A stretch of DNA of 43,730 nt from a virus (Duplodnaviria; Caudoviricetes): positions 1 through 43,730 of the IMG/VR virus record IMGVR_UViG_3300046408_000003; one strand, written 5' to 3'. The notes beneath the pieces are model-generated. The model had not been told where the DNA came from and searched no databases. It saw nothing but the letters and a program-made list of their open reading frames with translations. Both the position numbers and the translations under genes were made by a program. Positions 35,346 to 43,730 of this stretch are shown piece after piece. The first letter of the stretch is position 1, and the number at the start of each line of letters is the position of its first letter.

Positions 35346-35966
35346 TTACGGGTTCGGCTTGTCCGGGTTCGTGTCCGGATCGGCCGGCGCATCGGGATCG
35401 GCGACAGGCTTCGACGCGTCCGGCATGCCTGGCGGCTTGCTCGGCTTCGGCTCGGCTTCCTCACTTCCTGCGATCTTGTCCAGCGCCGCGTTCAAGTCCA
35501 GCGCTTTCTGGTCGGCGTCGGCTTTCAATCCATGCGGCGCGTCGGCGAACTGTTCCGGGTTCGCGAGCACGACCCAGATCGTCTGACCTTGCGCGTCCAT
35601 CAAATCGTGGCGCTGCACGTCGTGGCGGCTCAAGCTGATCACGCCTTTGATTCCGTCCTTCACCGTGATCGATTCCAGTGTGCAGCAAACGCGCGCGATG
35701 CCGGACGTGGCGAACAGTTCCAGCGAGCGCGTCGTGATGTCGGCGGCCGCAGCGTCCAGGCGATGCAGAACCTTTTCCTGCTCGGCTTCCGACAGTTCAT
35801 GCCATGCGCCGAGCGCGTTCTTCAATTCGTCGACCGCGATCGTCATGATGCCTTTCTTCAAGGTCACGGCGGTCAAGGTTTCCGGCGTGGTCGGCTGGAC
35901 GTTTTCGGCGGTCGCGACGCCAGGCTTCGGCGCCGACTTCGTTGCGGTTTTCCTCGGCTTGCTCAC
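35346..35966 (-). CDS. Conserved phage protein (family often fused to an FtsK-gamma domain; none here)
   Basis: GTG after AAGGAG; W.ELSEAEQ..V..R...LESITVKDGIK...ADADQKAL. Confidence 0.65.
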   Translation of the reverse strand: MSKPRKTATKSAPKPGVATAENVQPTTPETLTAVTLKKGIMTIAVDELKNALGAWHELSEAEQEKVLHRLDAAAADITTRSLELFATSGIARVCCTLESITVKDGIKGVISLSRHDVQRHDLMDAQGQTIWVVLANPEQFADAPHGLKADADQKALDLNAALDKIAGSEEAEPKPSKPPGMPDASKPVADPDAPADPDTNPDKPNP

Positions 35967-36001
35967 GGTAACTCCTTCGGGTAGTGGAACGGTGGAAACG
36001 G

Positions 36002-36352
36002 TTAGAACTTCGCGCCGCCGAACCAGCCAAACCAGCCGATCAGAACGGCGAGCGGGAAGATGATCAAGGCGATCGCCATGCAAACAGCCTCGCCGGCGTT
36101 GCGCGGCCTGACTTCGCGCCAGCAATCGCAGAAAAAAGACGCCGCCTCGAGCGCGAAAACAGCAATCAGGCAAGGAACGAATGTGATGATGATCCGCCAG
36201 CGGTTCGCGCGCCAGTATTCACGCTGCGCTGCATAGGCCGGTGAGGCGCGCCAGCATTCGACGCACAACCCATCCTCCGGGTTCACCTGGTCGCGCACAC
36301 CGCACGCTTTGCAACAATGGACGGGCCAGACCATAGCAGCGCTCCTGTTCAT
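36002..36352 (-). CDS. Hypothetical membrane protein with N-terminal CxxC/CxxC
   Basis: CKAC...CVEC followed by two hydrophobic segments. Confidence 0.6.
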   Translation of the reverse strand: MNRSAAMVWPVHCCKACGVRDQVNPEDGLCVECWRASPAYAAQREYWRANRWRIIITFVPCLIAVFALEAASFFCDCWREVRPRNAGEAVCMAIALIIFPLAVLIGWFGWFGGAKF

Positions 36353-36546
36353 GGGGTCACGTCTTCCAGCGTGAGGCGCAGAACGCGCGCGGCGTTCAAC
36401 GAAACGAACCGCTCGCCTTCGTGCAATTCATGGTCGACCAGGCTCGCCGCGCCGAGCAACCGCGTGGCGTTTTCCGGCGGCATCCAGCCGAGGTAAAGCA
36501 ACTGCAGCCGTTCCGGCTGGGTCGGCCAGTCTTTATGGTTTGCCAT
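36349..36546 (-). CDS. Hypothetical protein
   Basis: Tightly packed in the leftward operon. Confidence 0.55.
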   Translation of the reverse strand: MANHKDWPTQPERLQLLYLGWMPPENATRLLGAASLVDHELHEGERFVSLNAARVLRLTLEDVTP

Positions 36547-36547
36547 T

Positions 36548-36934
36548 TCAGTATTCCCCGCCGTATCGCGCTGCGCGCGAAAACTCTCGCGCCTCTGCAG
36601 CGCATTCGTCCGCGTCGTCTTGCGCGGCCTGTAGTTCGTCGGCTACGGCGTCCGGCGCCAGCTTGTAGAAGAATCGGCGCAGTTCACCTTCGACCGAAGC
36701 AAGCAACGCCTCGGCGCGCGCGGAGCGGTCAACGTGGACGCGTCCGAGGCAGTCATCGACCACGCTTCCGAAGTTCTCAAGGTCGAAGTCTTCGGACTGG
36801 AAAGCGGCGCGAACCTGCGCCGGATCGGCGAGCCAGTCGGCGACCTTCGCGTCGATCAAGTCGTCCAGCGCGTCGGCGCGTTCCTGCTCGCGCAGATGGC
36901 GGTCGAGGTCGCGTTCGATGGGATCGAAGGTCAT
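36548..36934 (-). CDS. Hypothetical acidic protein
   Basis: ATGA overlap; 128 aa. Confidence 0.65.
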   Translation of the reverse strand: MTFDPIERDLDRHLREQERADALDDLIDAKVADWLADPAQVRAAFQSEDFDLENFGSVVDDCLGRVHVDRSARAEALLASVEGELRRFFYKLAPDAVADELQAAQDDADECAAEAREFSRAARYGGEY

Positions 36935-37260
36935 GCCACATGATCCAGTTCTGAAAGCTGAATCCGCCGATTTTTGTTTGGGAGATATTTCGACTTGATC
37001 GCGCAGGCTTCGTCATGCGTGACTGGCGAAGACGTACAGACGGTAATTGCGCCGGTTTTTTCGTTGACCGCAATGACGTGGTACAGCCGCTCGCGCTCGA
37101 CCAGAACAGCGATGCGATATGGCGGATCCTTGCCATAGCGGTTTGCATGCGCGAGTTCGCGCTCGGCAAGCGTCATCGACGCGAACCCGTTCAAACCATA
37201 ACGTAGACCTTCGCAATTTAGGACGGCATACCACCGCCAACCGCAGGCTTCGTTCTTCAT
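36931..37260 (-). CDS. Hypothetical protein
   Basis: ATGA overlaps on both sides. Confidence 0.6.
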   Translation of the reverse strand: MKNEACGWRWYAVLNCEGLRYGLNGFASMTLAERELAHANRYGKDPPYRIAVLVERERLYHVIAVNEKTGAITVCTSSPVTHDEACAIKSKYLPNKNRRIQLSELDHVA

Positions 37261-37460
37261 GGCTTGACCTTTTTGGCGATCGCCTTTTCGGCGGATTCAA
37301 ACGCCTCGCAAGCCGCGCGCAGATGCTTGAGCGCGACAACCAGGTCCGGCTGGGCCGCGCGGATCGTGCGCGGCATGACCAGTTTGCCGAGGTAGTCGCG
37401 CTGCTCGCGCGTGCGGGCATGCGTGTTCGTGATTGCCCAGCGGGCGGAGGATTCGATCAT
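37257..37460 (-). CDS. Hypothetical protein
   Basis: ATGA overlaps; IRAAQPDLV.AL motif. Confidence 0.6.
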   Translation of the reverse strand: MIESSARWAITNTHARTREQRDYLGKLVMPRTIRAAQPDLVVALKHLRAACEAFESAEKAIAKKVKP

Positions 37461-37669
37461 GACAACGACATCCTGACGAGTCGCGCGTATTGCTCGCGGA
37501 GTTCGTCCAGCGTGTAATTGCGGACCTTCGTCTTGCCGAGGCGTTCGGCCTTTTCAATATCGTCCAGCGTCGCCGCAGCGTTCTTCGCATGTTGGGCGCG
37601 AATCTGCTCCACGGTGCAACTGAACATGGCGGCTGCTTCGGCGTTTGTGTATTTCCTGACGGCGCTCAC
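37457..37669 (-). CDS. Small protein with possible N-terminal HTH
   Basis: GTGA overlap; YTNAEAAAMFSCTVEQIR resembles excisionase-type HTH starts. Confidence 0.5.
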   Translation of the reverse strand: MSAVRKYTNAEAAAMFSCTVEQIRAQHAKNAAATLDDIEKAERLGKTKVRNYTLDELREQYARLVRMSLS

Positions 37670-37869
37670 AGTCCGAAACTCCGCGCGCATTCTTCGGCGT
37701 TTTCGATTCCATCGACTTCGATGCAACCGGCGGCGATCTTCGCTTCGCGGCGAAGCGTGGCGAGGCTCAGATGGTTGAGCGTGGAGTATTCCAGCCGCAC
37801 GAAAGCCTCGATATGACGAGGATCGTGCTTCGGCTGCAATTTCTTGAAGGTTTCGGCGTAGTACGTCAT
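37666..37869 (-). CDS. First leftward gene, hypothetical (67 aa)
   Basis: ATG 37869 with GGAG RBS. Confidence 0.6.
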   Translation of the reverse strand: MTYYAETFKKLQPKHDPRHIEAFVRLEYSTLNHLSLATLRREAKIAAGCIEVDGIENAEECARSFGL

Positions 37870-38015
37870 GGCATCGGCTCCGTCCGGTCCCGGCGGTCTT
37901 GCCGGTGAACGAATCATCGCTCCGTGATCGTTCCACCGGAAGCGCCACGGATGGAACGCATCGTTCTATTTTTGGGACTTCCAATTGCCGGAAGGCTGGC
38001 GCCAGAATTCCGGCC

Positions 38016-38279
38016 ATGAAACGACCACGAACCACCGAACCACAGATCCCACGGATCCCACGGATCCCACGAATCTGGCGCGAAGTCTTCGCCGGCGATT
38101 CGTTCTTTTCCAAGTTGCCGCTGCATTCGATGGAAGCCAACCGCGCCGCGCTTAAGGGCGAAGGATACGACTACGCCTTCGATCCGACGCCTTGCGGCTA
38201 CCTGGTCACGTGCAAGGCATCCCCGCTTGTAACCATTGCCGACGGCTTCGCGATGCTAGGCGGGGAGGCGATCCATTGA
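38016..38279 (+). CDS. First rightward gene, hypothetical (87 aa), possibly leaderless
   Basis: ATG 38016 lies 7 nt after CAGAAT with no SD; the stop overlaps the TTG of the initiator gene. Confidence 0.55.
   Translation: MKRPRTTEPQIPRIPRIPRIWREVFAGDSFFSKLPLHSMEANRAALKGEGYDYAFDPTPCGYLVTCKASPLVTIADGFAMLGGEAIH
38045..38071 (+). repeat. 9-bp tandem repeat GATCCCACG x3
   Basis: Perfect copies at 38045, 38054 and 38063 (encodes IPRIPRIPR). Confidence 0.9.
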
Positions 38280-39052
38280 GCATCCAGGCGATGGTTTGGG
38301 CGCTCAAGCAGCGCATCGTTACCGAACCGACCGCGAGGCACGTCCTGCTATGTCTGGCGAACTATGCGAACGAATCCGGGCAGGCCGCGTTCCCGAGTAT
38401 CCAAACACTCATGGACGACACCGGGCTTTCACGCCGGACGATTACCGCGAAGCTCGGCCAGATGGTCGCCATCGACGTTGCGCGGCTCGGGAATCAGGAT
38501 ATCGCTCGGGCATGGATCAAGCGGGCAGACATGCGTCCAGTGGTCTACGACTTGAACATGACAGACGAAAACGAACGGGGTGCAGCACGTGCACCCCGTT
38601 CGCCTGACGGGGTGCAGGACGTGCACCCCGTTGACGGTAACGGGGTGCAACTGACGCAGGAACGGGGTGCAGCACGTGCACCCGATCCTTTAAGAGCTAA
38701 TCCTTTAGATCAAAAGCAAAAGCAAGAGCGTCCGCGCGCTGAAAAACGCGCGCTTGCTGTCCCGGATCGCTTCGCCGAATTCTGGTCTGCATATCCGGTG
38801 AAGAAAGGGAAGGCTGCCGCGCTCAAGGCATGGCGGAAGATCAAACCCGAACAGATCGACGGCATCCTCGCCGCGCTAGCGATCCAGGCGCGCGACGACG
38901 ACGACTGGAAGCGCGGGTTCTGTCCGCACGCTTCGACATACCTTAACGGCGCTCGCTGGGAAGATGAAGTCGCGAAACCGAAGCCGCAGCAAGCCAGCCG
39001 AACGATGGGAACCCTGCAACTGCTTCAGAACATGAAGGAAGGCCGCACGTGA
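38276..39052 (+). CDS. Replication initiator / replisome organiser (N-terminal HTH)
   Basis: TTG start after GGGGAGG; MSIQAMVWAL...VLLCLANYA...AFPSIQTL..DTGLSRRTI; C-terminal FAEFWSAYP.K.GK..A..AW...PHASTYLNGARWEDE. Confidence 0.88.
   Translation: MSIQAMVWALKQRIVTEPTARHVLLCLANYANESGQAAFPSIQTLMDDTGLSRRTITAKLGQMVAIDVARLGNQDIARAWIKRADMRPVVYDLNMTDENERGAARAPRSPDGVQDVHPVDGNGVQLTQERGAARAPDPLRANPLDQKQKQERPRAEKRALAVPDRFAEFWSAYPVKKGKAAALKAWRKIKPEQIDGILAALAIQARDDDDWKRGFCPHASTYLNGARWEDEVAKPKPQQASRTMGTLQLLQNMKEGRT
38572..38726. repeat. Probable replication origin: palindromic iterons plus AT-rich tract
   Basis: ACGGGGTGCA-N5-TGCACCC(C)G units at about 38575, 38607 and 38662, a half site at 38640, then TCCTTTAAGAGCTAATCCTTTAGATCAAAAGCAAAAG. 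This is a lambda-like ori inside the initiator gene. Confidence 0.8.
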
Positions 39053-39429
39053 ACTGGCTCGAACGCGAAATCATGACCGGGTTCCAGCGCCTTGTTTGCC
39101 TTTCGCTTGAACGCACGCCAGCGAAGGAAACGATAGCCGGCACCGTGCGCGCATGGCGCGATGCGATGATAGAACGCCGCAGTTATGACGAAGCGCGGGA
39201 CGCGCCGCTCATGCGTGAGGCATTCAAGCGGCTAAGCAAGAACGTCGAAAGCTGGCCGTCGCCTAAGAAGTTCATCGAACACATGGACGCGGTAACGCCG
39301 CTGCCGACCTATGAACGCTTGCCGGCGCCAACGACGATCCCACGAACGCGCGCCGAGCGTCGCGAGCACCTTCGCAGAATGTTTCCAGTCAATCCAATAC
39401 TTGACGGAGAACCGCCGTGCAACGAATGA
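39049..39429 (+). CDS. Replication accessory protein (helicase loader/inhibitor-like, tentative)
   Basis: Follows the initiator; AF..L....WPSP..F motif. Confidence 0.5.
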   Translation: MNWLEREIMTGFQRLVCLSLERTPAKETIAGTVRAWRDAMIERRSYDEARDAPLMREAFKRLSKNVESWPSPKKFIEHMDAVTPLPTYERLPAPTTIPRTRAERREHLRRMFPVNPILDGEPPCNE

Positions 39430-39626
39430 CCCGACCGCAGCGCGCTTTGATCCATGCCGGGATCCGCAAACTGAACTACGACACGCAAACGGTCACGCTG
39501 CAGCATACGGCGCTCGACGCCGAGCGGCGATGGGTCGGCAAGCCGGTCGACGCGTGGCTCGACACGATCGACCAGGAAAACGCGTCGCTGTTGATCCGGA
39601 AAATTCAGCGGATGACGGAGGATTGA
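39426..39626 (+). CDS. Hypothetical protein
   Basis: ATGA overlap. Confidence 0.55.
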   Translation: MTRPQRALIHAGIRKLNYDTQTVTLQHTALDAERRWVGKPVDAWLDTIDQENASLLIRKIQRMTED

Positions 39627-39839
39627 ATGGCCACGCCTTACGGACTTGCGCCGCTGCACCTTCGAACGAATCCAAAGCCGATGATATGGAAACACGCCGG
39701 CGGCCATCGCTGGTTCTGTTCGCGCAAAGGCATGCTTCTCATCGGCCGAGGCGACACGCCAACCGGAGCGTTGCACGATTGGACGGTTCTGGTCAGGATT
39801 GCTTGCGGGACTGGCGAAATTAAAGGCGCGCGACCATGA
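39627..39839 (+). CDS. Hypothetical protein
   Basis: GGAGG RBS; abuts both neighbours. Confidence 0.55.
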   Translation: MATPYGLAPLHLRTNPKPMIWKHAGGHRWFCSRKGMLLIGRGDTPTGALHDWTVLVRIACGTGEIKGARP

Positions 39840-40408
39840 CCGCGACGCAAGACAAGCGGCTCAAGGTCAAACCGCGGCGCCCTATCCTGCTTCGGCTAAA
39901 GGTCATGATCGATCCTGACACCGGCGAGGAAATCAAGGCGTTCGTCGCTCACGACTGGCTCGACAAGCGGATGCTTCGCGAGCGCGGGTTCCACGTCGGC
40001 GAGGAATATCGCGTCGAAATCAAGGCGTCGCGCAATTCGAAGTTCTTCCGCAAGGCGCACGTGCTCGCCGCTTGGCTGGTCGACCACGTTGACGGCTTCG
40101 CCGGCCTGAGCGCGCACGCCGCGCTCAAGCGCCTGCAGGAAGAAAGCGGCGTCGGATGCACAACCGAGGCGATCGAACTGCGCGCGCCAGGCTTCGGCGT
40201 CATGACCGGAACGCGCCAGGTCGCCGACTCGCTGAGCTTCGACAACATGACCGAGGATGTCTTCGGCGAACTTTGGGACGGCGGACCGCAGGCGTCGCAC
40301 GAAGGCGGCTGGCTCGGCTGGCTGCGCGTCACGAAATGGGGCGACCTTTCGCCGGAACTGATCGATGAGGTCGAAGAAATGGTGCGCCGTCCGGACCAGG
40401 CCGCATGA
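39836..40408 (+). CDS. DUF1367 / NinB-like protein
   Basis: RVEIKASRNSKFFRKAH...SLSFDNMTEDVF. Confidence 0.65.
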   Translation: MTATQDKRLKVKPRRPILLRLKVMIDPDTGEEIKAFVAHDWLDKRMLRERGFHVGEEYRVEIKASRNSKFFRKAHVLAAWLVDHVDGFAGLSAHAALKRLQEESGVGCTTEAIELRAPGFGVMTGTRQVADSLSFDNMTEDVFGELWDGGPQASHEGGWLGWLRVTKWGDLSPELIDEVEEMVRRPDQAA

Positions 40409-41001
40409 AGACCGTCGCCGTCCTTTTCGCTCGCGCCGATAGCGTTTACAAAACGCTGCCAGGCTGCGACGTTTACGACATCGACCGCGATGCACGGACC
40501 TATTCCGGCGCGCTTCCGGTTGTCGCGCATCCGCCGTGCCGGTCCTGGGGACGGTTGCGCGCCTTCGCTCGGCCACGGCACGACGAACGCGAACTCGCGT
40601 TGTTCGCCGTCGACCGCGTTCGCGTCCTTGGTGGTGTCCTGGAACATCCGGCCGGCTCGACGCTTTGGCAAGCGACCGGGATGCCGCGACCGGGATGCCG
40701 CGACCGGGATGCCGCCAGAGGTTATACCATCGCCGTGCACCAAAACGAATTCGGACACCGTGCGGTCAAGCCGACATGGCTCTACGTTTGCGGCTGCGAG
40801 CCTGGCGACCTTCCAGACTTGCCGCTGCTGCTTGGCCGTGCATCTCACGTCATTGCGCAGATGCGAACCAGGCGCGACGGCACGCGAATCAGAAAAAGCG
40901 ATCAAGGATGGCGCCCGGAAGTAAGCAAAGCGGAGCGCGAACATACGCCGGTCGCGCTCGCGAAGTTCCTGGTGGCGACGGCTTTGAAAACCTCACGGTG
41001 A
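40405..41001 (+). CDS. Minimal C5-cytosine methyltransferase-like protein
   Basis: AHPPC (motif IV), VLEHP (VI-like), Q..FGH...KPTWL (VIII-like); no FxGxG motif I. Confidence 0.6.
   Translation: MKTVAVLFARADSVYKTLPGCDVYDIDRDARTYSGALPVVAHPPCRSWGRLRAFARPRHDERELALFAVDRVRVLGGVLEHPAGSTLWQATGMPRPGCRDRDAARGYTIAVHQNEFGHRAVKPTWLYVCGCEPGDLPDLPLLLGRASHVIAQMRTRRDGTRIRKSDQGWRPEVSKAEREHTPVALAKFLVATALKTSR
40672..40713 (+). repeat. 14-bp tandem repeat GCGACCGGGATGCC x3
   Basis: Three perfect copies at 40672, 40686 and 40700. Confidence 0.92.
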
Positions 41002-41005
41002 ACCC

Positions 41006-41203
41006 ATGAACGAAGACCAGCAACGCATCGAAGACGCGATCAACCACCGGCTGGCGCAGATGGCGCCGGCGGATCGGTTGCGCGCGTGCCAGATGGCTAA
41101 GTTTCGTGCCGAAGGCCGCACCGAGGAAGACGTGCGCGAGCGGATGGAGCGGCAAGCGCGAAAGATGAACCGCCGCGCAAGGCTGGCAAGGTCCGCACGA
41201 TGA
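41006..41203 (+). CDS. Hypothetical basic protein
   Basis: Packed in the operon. Confidence 0.5.
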   Translation: MNEDQQRIEDAINHRLAQMAPADRLRACQMAKFRAEGRTEEDVRERMERQARKMNRRARLARSAR

Positions 41204-41466
41204 AGCGCCTGTTCGTCGGTTGCGCGGTCCGCTTCGTCGATCCTGGCCACCCGTGGAACGGTCACACCGGCCTAATCGTCGGCGGCCAGCGCCATTACGA
41301 CCACCTCCTTTCGGTGAAGTACGGCACGATCGGCGCCGGCTACGGCTGGCGCCTAACGATGGACCGGCACGACGGCGACTTCATCGCGCCTTCCGATGTC
41401 CTGGAACCGGCAGCGCCGGACAAGTCGAAAATCCGGGAAACCGAAAGCGAACTGGATCCGGCATGA
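41200..41466 (+). CDS. Hypothetical protein (SH3/KOW-like)
   Basis: VGCAVRFV...NGHTGLIV...LEP; ATGA overlaps. Confidence 0.55.
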   Translation: MKRLFVGCAVRFVDPGHPWNGHTGLIVGGQRHYDHLLSVKYGTIGAGYGWRLTMDRHDGDFIAPSDVLEPAAPDKSKIRETESELDPA

Positions 41467-42356
41467 GCAACTGGGTCGGCGGTCTGGCTGAGTGGCGCGA
41501 AGCGGACACGGTATTCCTTTCGGTCGCCTTCACGTGGAAACTTGAGGAAGCCTATGCGCGGGCTATGTTCGCGCGGGCGCAAGGTCTCAAGGTGAAGGCT
41601 GGCGGCCCTGCACTATTCCTGATGCAGATGAAGCACCGGCTGGCCGACGTTGCTGAGATCGGAACGCATTACCCTGATGCGATCGCGCGGCACAACCCGA
41701 TGGCTACCTTCGCGAGCCGAGGTTGTCCGGTCGGTTGTTGGTTCTGCATCGTGCCCGCGATGGAAGGCCGGAACTTCACGCTGATTCACGACTTCGCCGT
41801 CCGGCCGGTTCTGTGCGACAACAACCTGAGCGCGCTTCCGGCCGACTATCAGGAACACATTATCCGGCGGTACCACGATGCCGGCGTGCGTCTCATGGAT
41901 GCCAACAGCGGCTTTGAGCCGATCACGTTCACGCCCGACGTGTTCGCGCGCTGGAAGCCGCTGGTGAATGCAGGCGGCGGTCCGTGGCGCTTCGCCTACG
42001 ACGAGACGAACGAGCGCCCGCAATCGTTGCGCGTCATGCGCATGCTCGCGAGCGAGCCGCAGAAGCGAAAGCGTGTCTACGTGCTGATCGGGAACGAGCC
42101 GTTCGCCGAATGCATGCGCCGGATTGAAGAGACGATCGCCGAAGGGTGTGAACCGCACGTTCAGCCGCTCATGAAGCTCAACGCGCTGGAGCGCGAGCCG
42201 TGGGTGCGCTTCGACTGGACCGCGCAAAAACTGCGAGACGTGGCGCGCTGGGCGAATGGCTGGGTTTGGAAGCGCGCGCCATTCGCGGAATATGATCGCC
42301 ATCGACGAACTATTGCGCCGGAAACATATGACGCGCAGCAAGGATTATTCACGTGA
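41463..42356 (+). CDS. Radical SAM protein (truncated B12-binding-like N-terminus)
   Basis: SRGCPVGCWFCIVP CxxxCxxC; DNN; RFAYD; VYVLIG. Confidence 0.88.
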   Translation: MSNWVGGLAEWREADTVFLSVAFTWKLEEAYARAMFARAQGLKVKAGGPALFLMQMKHRLADVAEIGTHYPDAIARHNPMATFASRGCPVGCWFCIVPAMEGRNFTLIHDFAVRPVLCDNNLSALPADYQEHIIRRYHDAGVRLMDANSGFEPITFTPDVFARWKPLVNAGGGPWRFAYDETNERPQSLRVMRMLASEPQKRKRVYVLIGNEPFAECMRRIEETIAEGCEPHVQPLMKLNALEREPWVRFDWTAQKLRDVARWANGWVWKRAPFAEYDRHRRTIAPETYDAQQGLFT

Positions 42357-42679
42357 AGCCGATCCGCTCCGACGCGCTGCGCGACTCGGCCGGCCATCTG
42401 GACGCTGAATGCACGCTGCGGATCGCCGGCGTTTGCCGCGGCCGCGCCGCCGGGAACGTCCTCTGCCACGTCCGGATCGGTTGCGCTGGCGTCGGGACCA
42501 AGCCGGACGATGTTTGCGCTGCTTTCGGCTGCTGCGCGTGCCACGATGTCTTCGACGGCCGCGCCGGCAACCTGGTCAAAGGGTCGCCGGACTGGCTGTT
42601 CTACGCGCTGCGCGGGATCACGGAAACGACCGCGTGGTGGATTCGTCACGGTTTCCTGAAAATCGAAAAGGGAGAATGA
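42353..42679 (+). CDS. DUF1364 / YbcO-like nuclease
   Basis: CTLRIAGVC...VLCH.R....G.G.KPDD..AAFGC.ACHD..DGR. Confidence 0.85.
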   Translation: MKPIRSDALRDSAGHLDAECTLRIAGVCRGRAAGNVLCHVRIGCAGVGTKPDDVCAAFGCCACHDVFDGRAGNLVKGSPDWLFYALRGITETTAWWIRHGFLKIEKGE

Positions 42680-42680
42680 A

Positions 42681-42935
42681 ATGGATCCCAGAAGCGGCGA
42701 GCTTGTCAGAGATATTAACTGGGTCGACATGGCCGAGCGCGATCGATTCGTCCCTATTCCGCGCGGACTTTACGCGGAAGCGGTCGATCGGCTGAGCGGC
42801 AACGATCGCGCATTCGTCCCGATTCGCGGCGAATCGACGTTGGCGGCCTGGGCGCGCGAGCGCATCAAGGTCAGAACGAAGAACCGCAAGCGGGAAAAGA
42901 TCGCGAGAAAATCGCGCCAGAGGAATCGGGCATGA
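42681..42935 (+). CDS. Hypothetical protein, basic C-terminus
   Basis: GGAG RBS; RKREKIARKSRQRNR. Confidence 0.6.
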   Translation: MDPRSGELVRDINWVDMAERDRFVPIPRGLYAEAVDRLSGNDRAFVPIRGESTLAAWARERIKVRTKNRKREKIARKSRQRNRA

Positions 42936-43192
42936 ACCCGGAAATGGAACCGGCCGTCGTTCCGCACGCCGCGAACGACGAACTCGGCACGATCACGATC
43001 ACGGCGTCGCAGTTCCGGAAGCTGTCCGATATCGCGCCGGCGCGCGCGTTCAACGGAGCGAAGTGGAAGGAAAAGATCAACGGCCGCTGGTGTCTTCACC
43101 TGGTCAAGAGCGTCCGGCCGGCGACCATGCTGGACGGCCAGTCGGTCGAAATCATCGACGGTTCCACGTTCTACATCGCGGTCGAAGGATGA
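42932..43192 (+). CDS. Hypothetical protein
   Basis: ATGA overlaps. Confidence 0.55.
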   Translation: MNPEMEPAVVPHAANDELGTITITASQFRKLSDIAPARAFNGAKWKEKINGRWCLHLVKSVRPATMLDGQSVEIIDGSTFYIAVEG

Positions 43193-43725
43193 ACCAGGTC
43201 CGGTTCCTGACAATTGGCATCGATCCGGGACTGTCCGGCGCGATCGCCTTCCTCGCTGACGGCCAGTTCGCCGACGTGCACGACATGCCGACGATGGGCC
43301 GCGGCAAGGGAAACAACAAGCAGGTCGACCCGTACAGGATGGTGGCGATCCTTCGCGGCGCTCCGATGATGCGCCGCGGCGCCCTGGTCACATGCCGGCT
43401 CGAGGAAGTCCACGCGATGCCAGGGCAAGGGCTCACGAGCACGTTCGGCTTCGGCCGGTCCTTCGGCGTCGCTCAAGGCGTCCTGGCCGCGCTCGGCTAT
43501 CCGGTCACGCTGGTCAGTCCGGAAAAATGGAAGCGCGACATGGGCCTGATCGGCGCCGAAAAGGACGCCAGCCGCCAGCGAGCAATGAAGTACTTCCGAT
43601 CGGCGCCGCTGCAACTGAAAAAGCATGACGGCCGAGCCGAAGCGCTGCTGCTCGCGCGCCTGGAATTCCACGAACAGATGGCGCGCTCTGGACTGAGCGC
43701 AGCGGACGCGCCGTCGGTGTATTGA
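43189..43725 (+). CDS. RuvC-like Holliday junction resolvase
   Basis: IGIDPGLSGA...LEEVHAMPGQG..STF.FG...P.KWK...DGRAEALL. Confidence 0.9.
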   Translation: MNQVRFLTIGIDPGLSGAIAFLADGQFADVHDMPTMGRGKGNNKQVDPYRMVAILRGAPMMRRGALVTCRLEEVHAMPGQGLTSTFGFGRSFGVAQGVLAALGYPVTLVSPEKWKRDMGLIGAEKDASRQRAMKYFRSAPLQLKKHDGRAEALLLARLEFHEQMARSGLSAADAPSVY

Positions 43726-43730
43726 CGCGC
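43604..43730. repeat. Terminal direct repeat, second copy
   Basis: Exact copy of 1-127. Confidence 0.95.

Noticed and set aside
38572-38684. Palindromic repeats as a mini-CRISPR array
   Set aside because: The spacers are only a few nt and irregular, and no cas genes are present. The position inside the initiator gene next to an AT-rich tract fits ori iterons.

Overview
The window is an apparently complete, circular, GC-rich tailed-phage genome. The unit length is 43,603 bp; bases 1-127 are repeated exactly at 43604-43730, which looks like an assembly overlap. It is siphovirus-like. The probable host is a proteobacterium, perhaps Gammaproteobacteria, inferred from the csrA homolog and gene families. 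+ strand 149-29131: initiator tRNA-Met, a large fibre/tailspike gene, ParB-DNA methylase, terminase, two signal-peptide-bearing fibre-like proteins, a portal-MuF fusion with an A10 slippery site, head fibre, protease/scaffold, major capsid, neck, tail tube, frameshifted tail chaperones, tape measure, and a GTA-like tail tip (DUF2460, DUF2163, NlpC/P60, central tail protein ending in a Hint/intein-like domain). A lysis cassette follows, using a Tlde1/DUF2778-type enzyme. - strand 29298-37869: early genes, including ERF recombinase, YqaJ exonuclease, a csrA homolog missed by the ORF track and a CxxCxxC-repeat protein. + strand 38016-43725: replication initiator with internal iterons, nin-like genes, a C5-methylase-like ORF, a radical SAM protein and a RuvC-like resolvase. 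I recognised no integrase, CI/Cro pair or Q antiterminator. All family calls are from motif recognition by eye; no searches were run. Top leads: (1) the C-terminal Hint domain on the tail-tip protein; (2) two Sec-exported, fibre-like, two-cysteine proteins inside the head module; (3) the A10 + hairpin switch between portal and portal-MuF; (4) phage CsrA with a candidate sRNA and ANGGA sites, possibly in place of a repressor.
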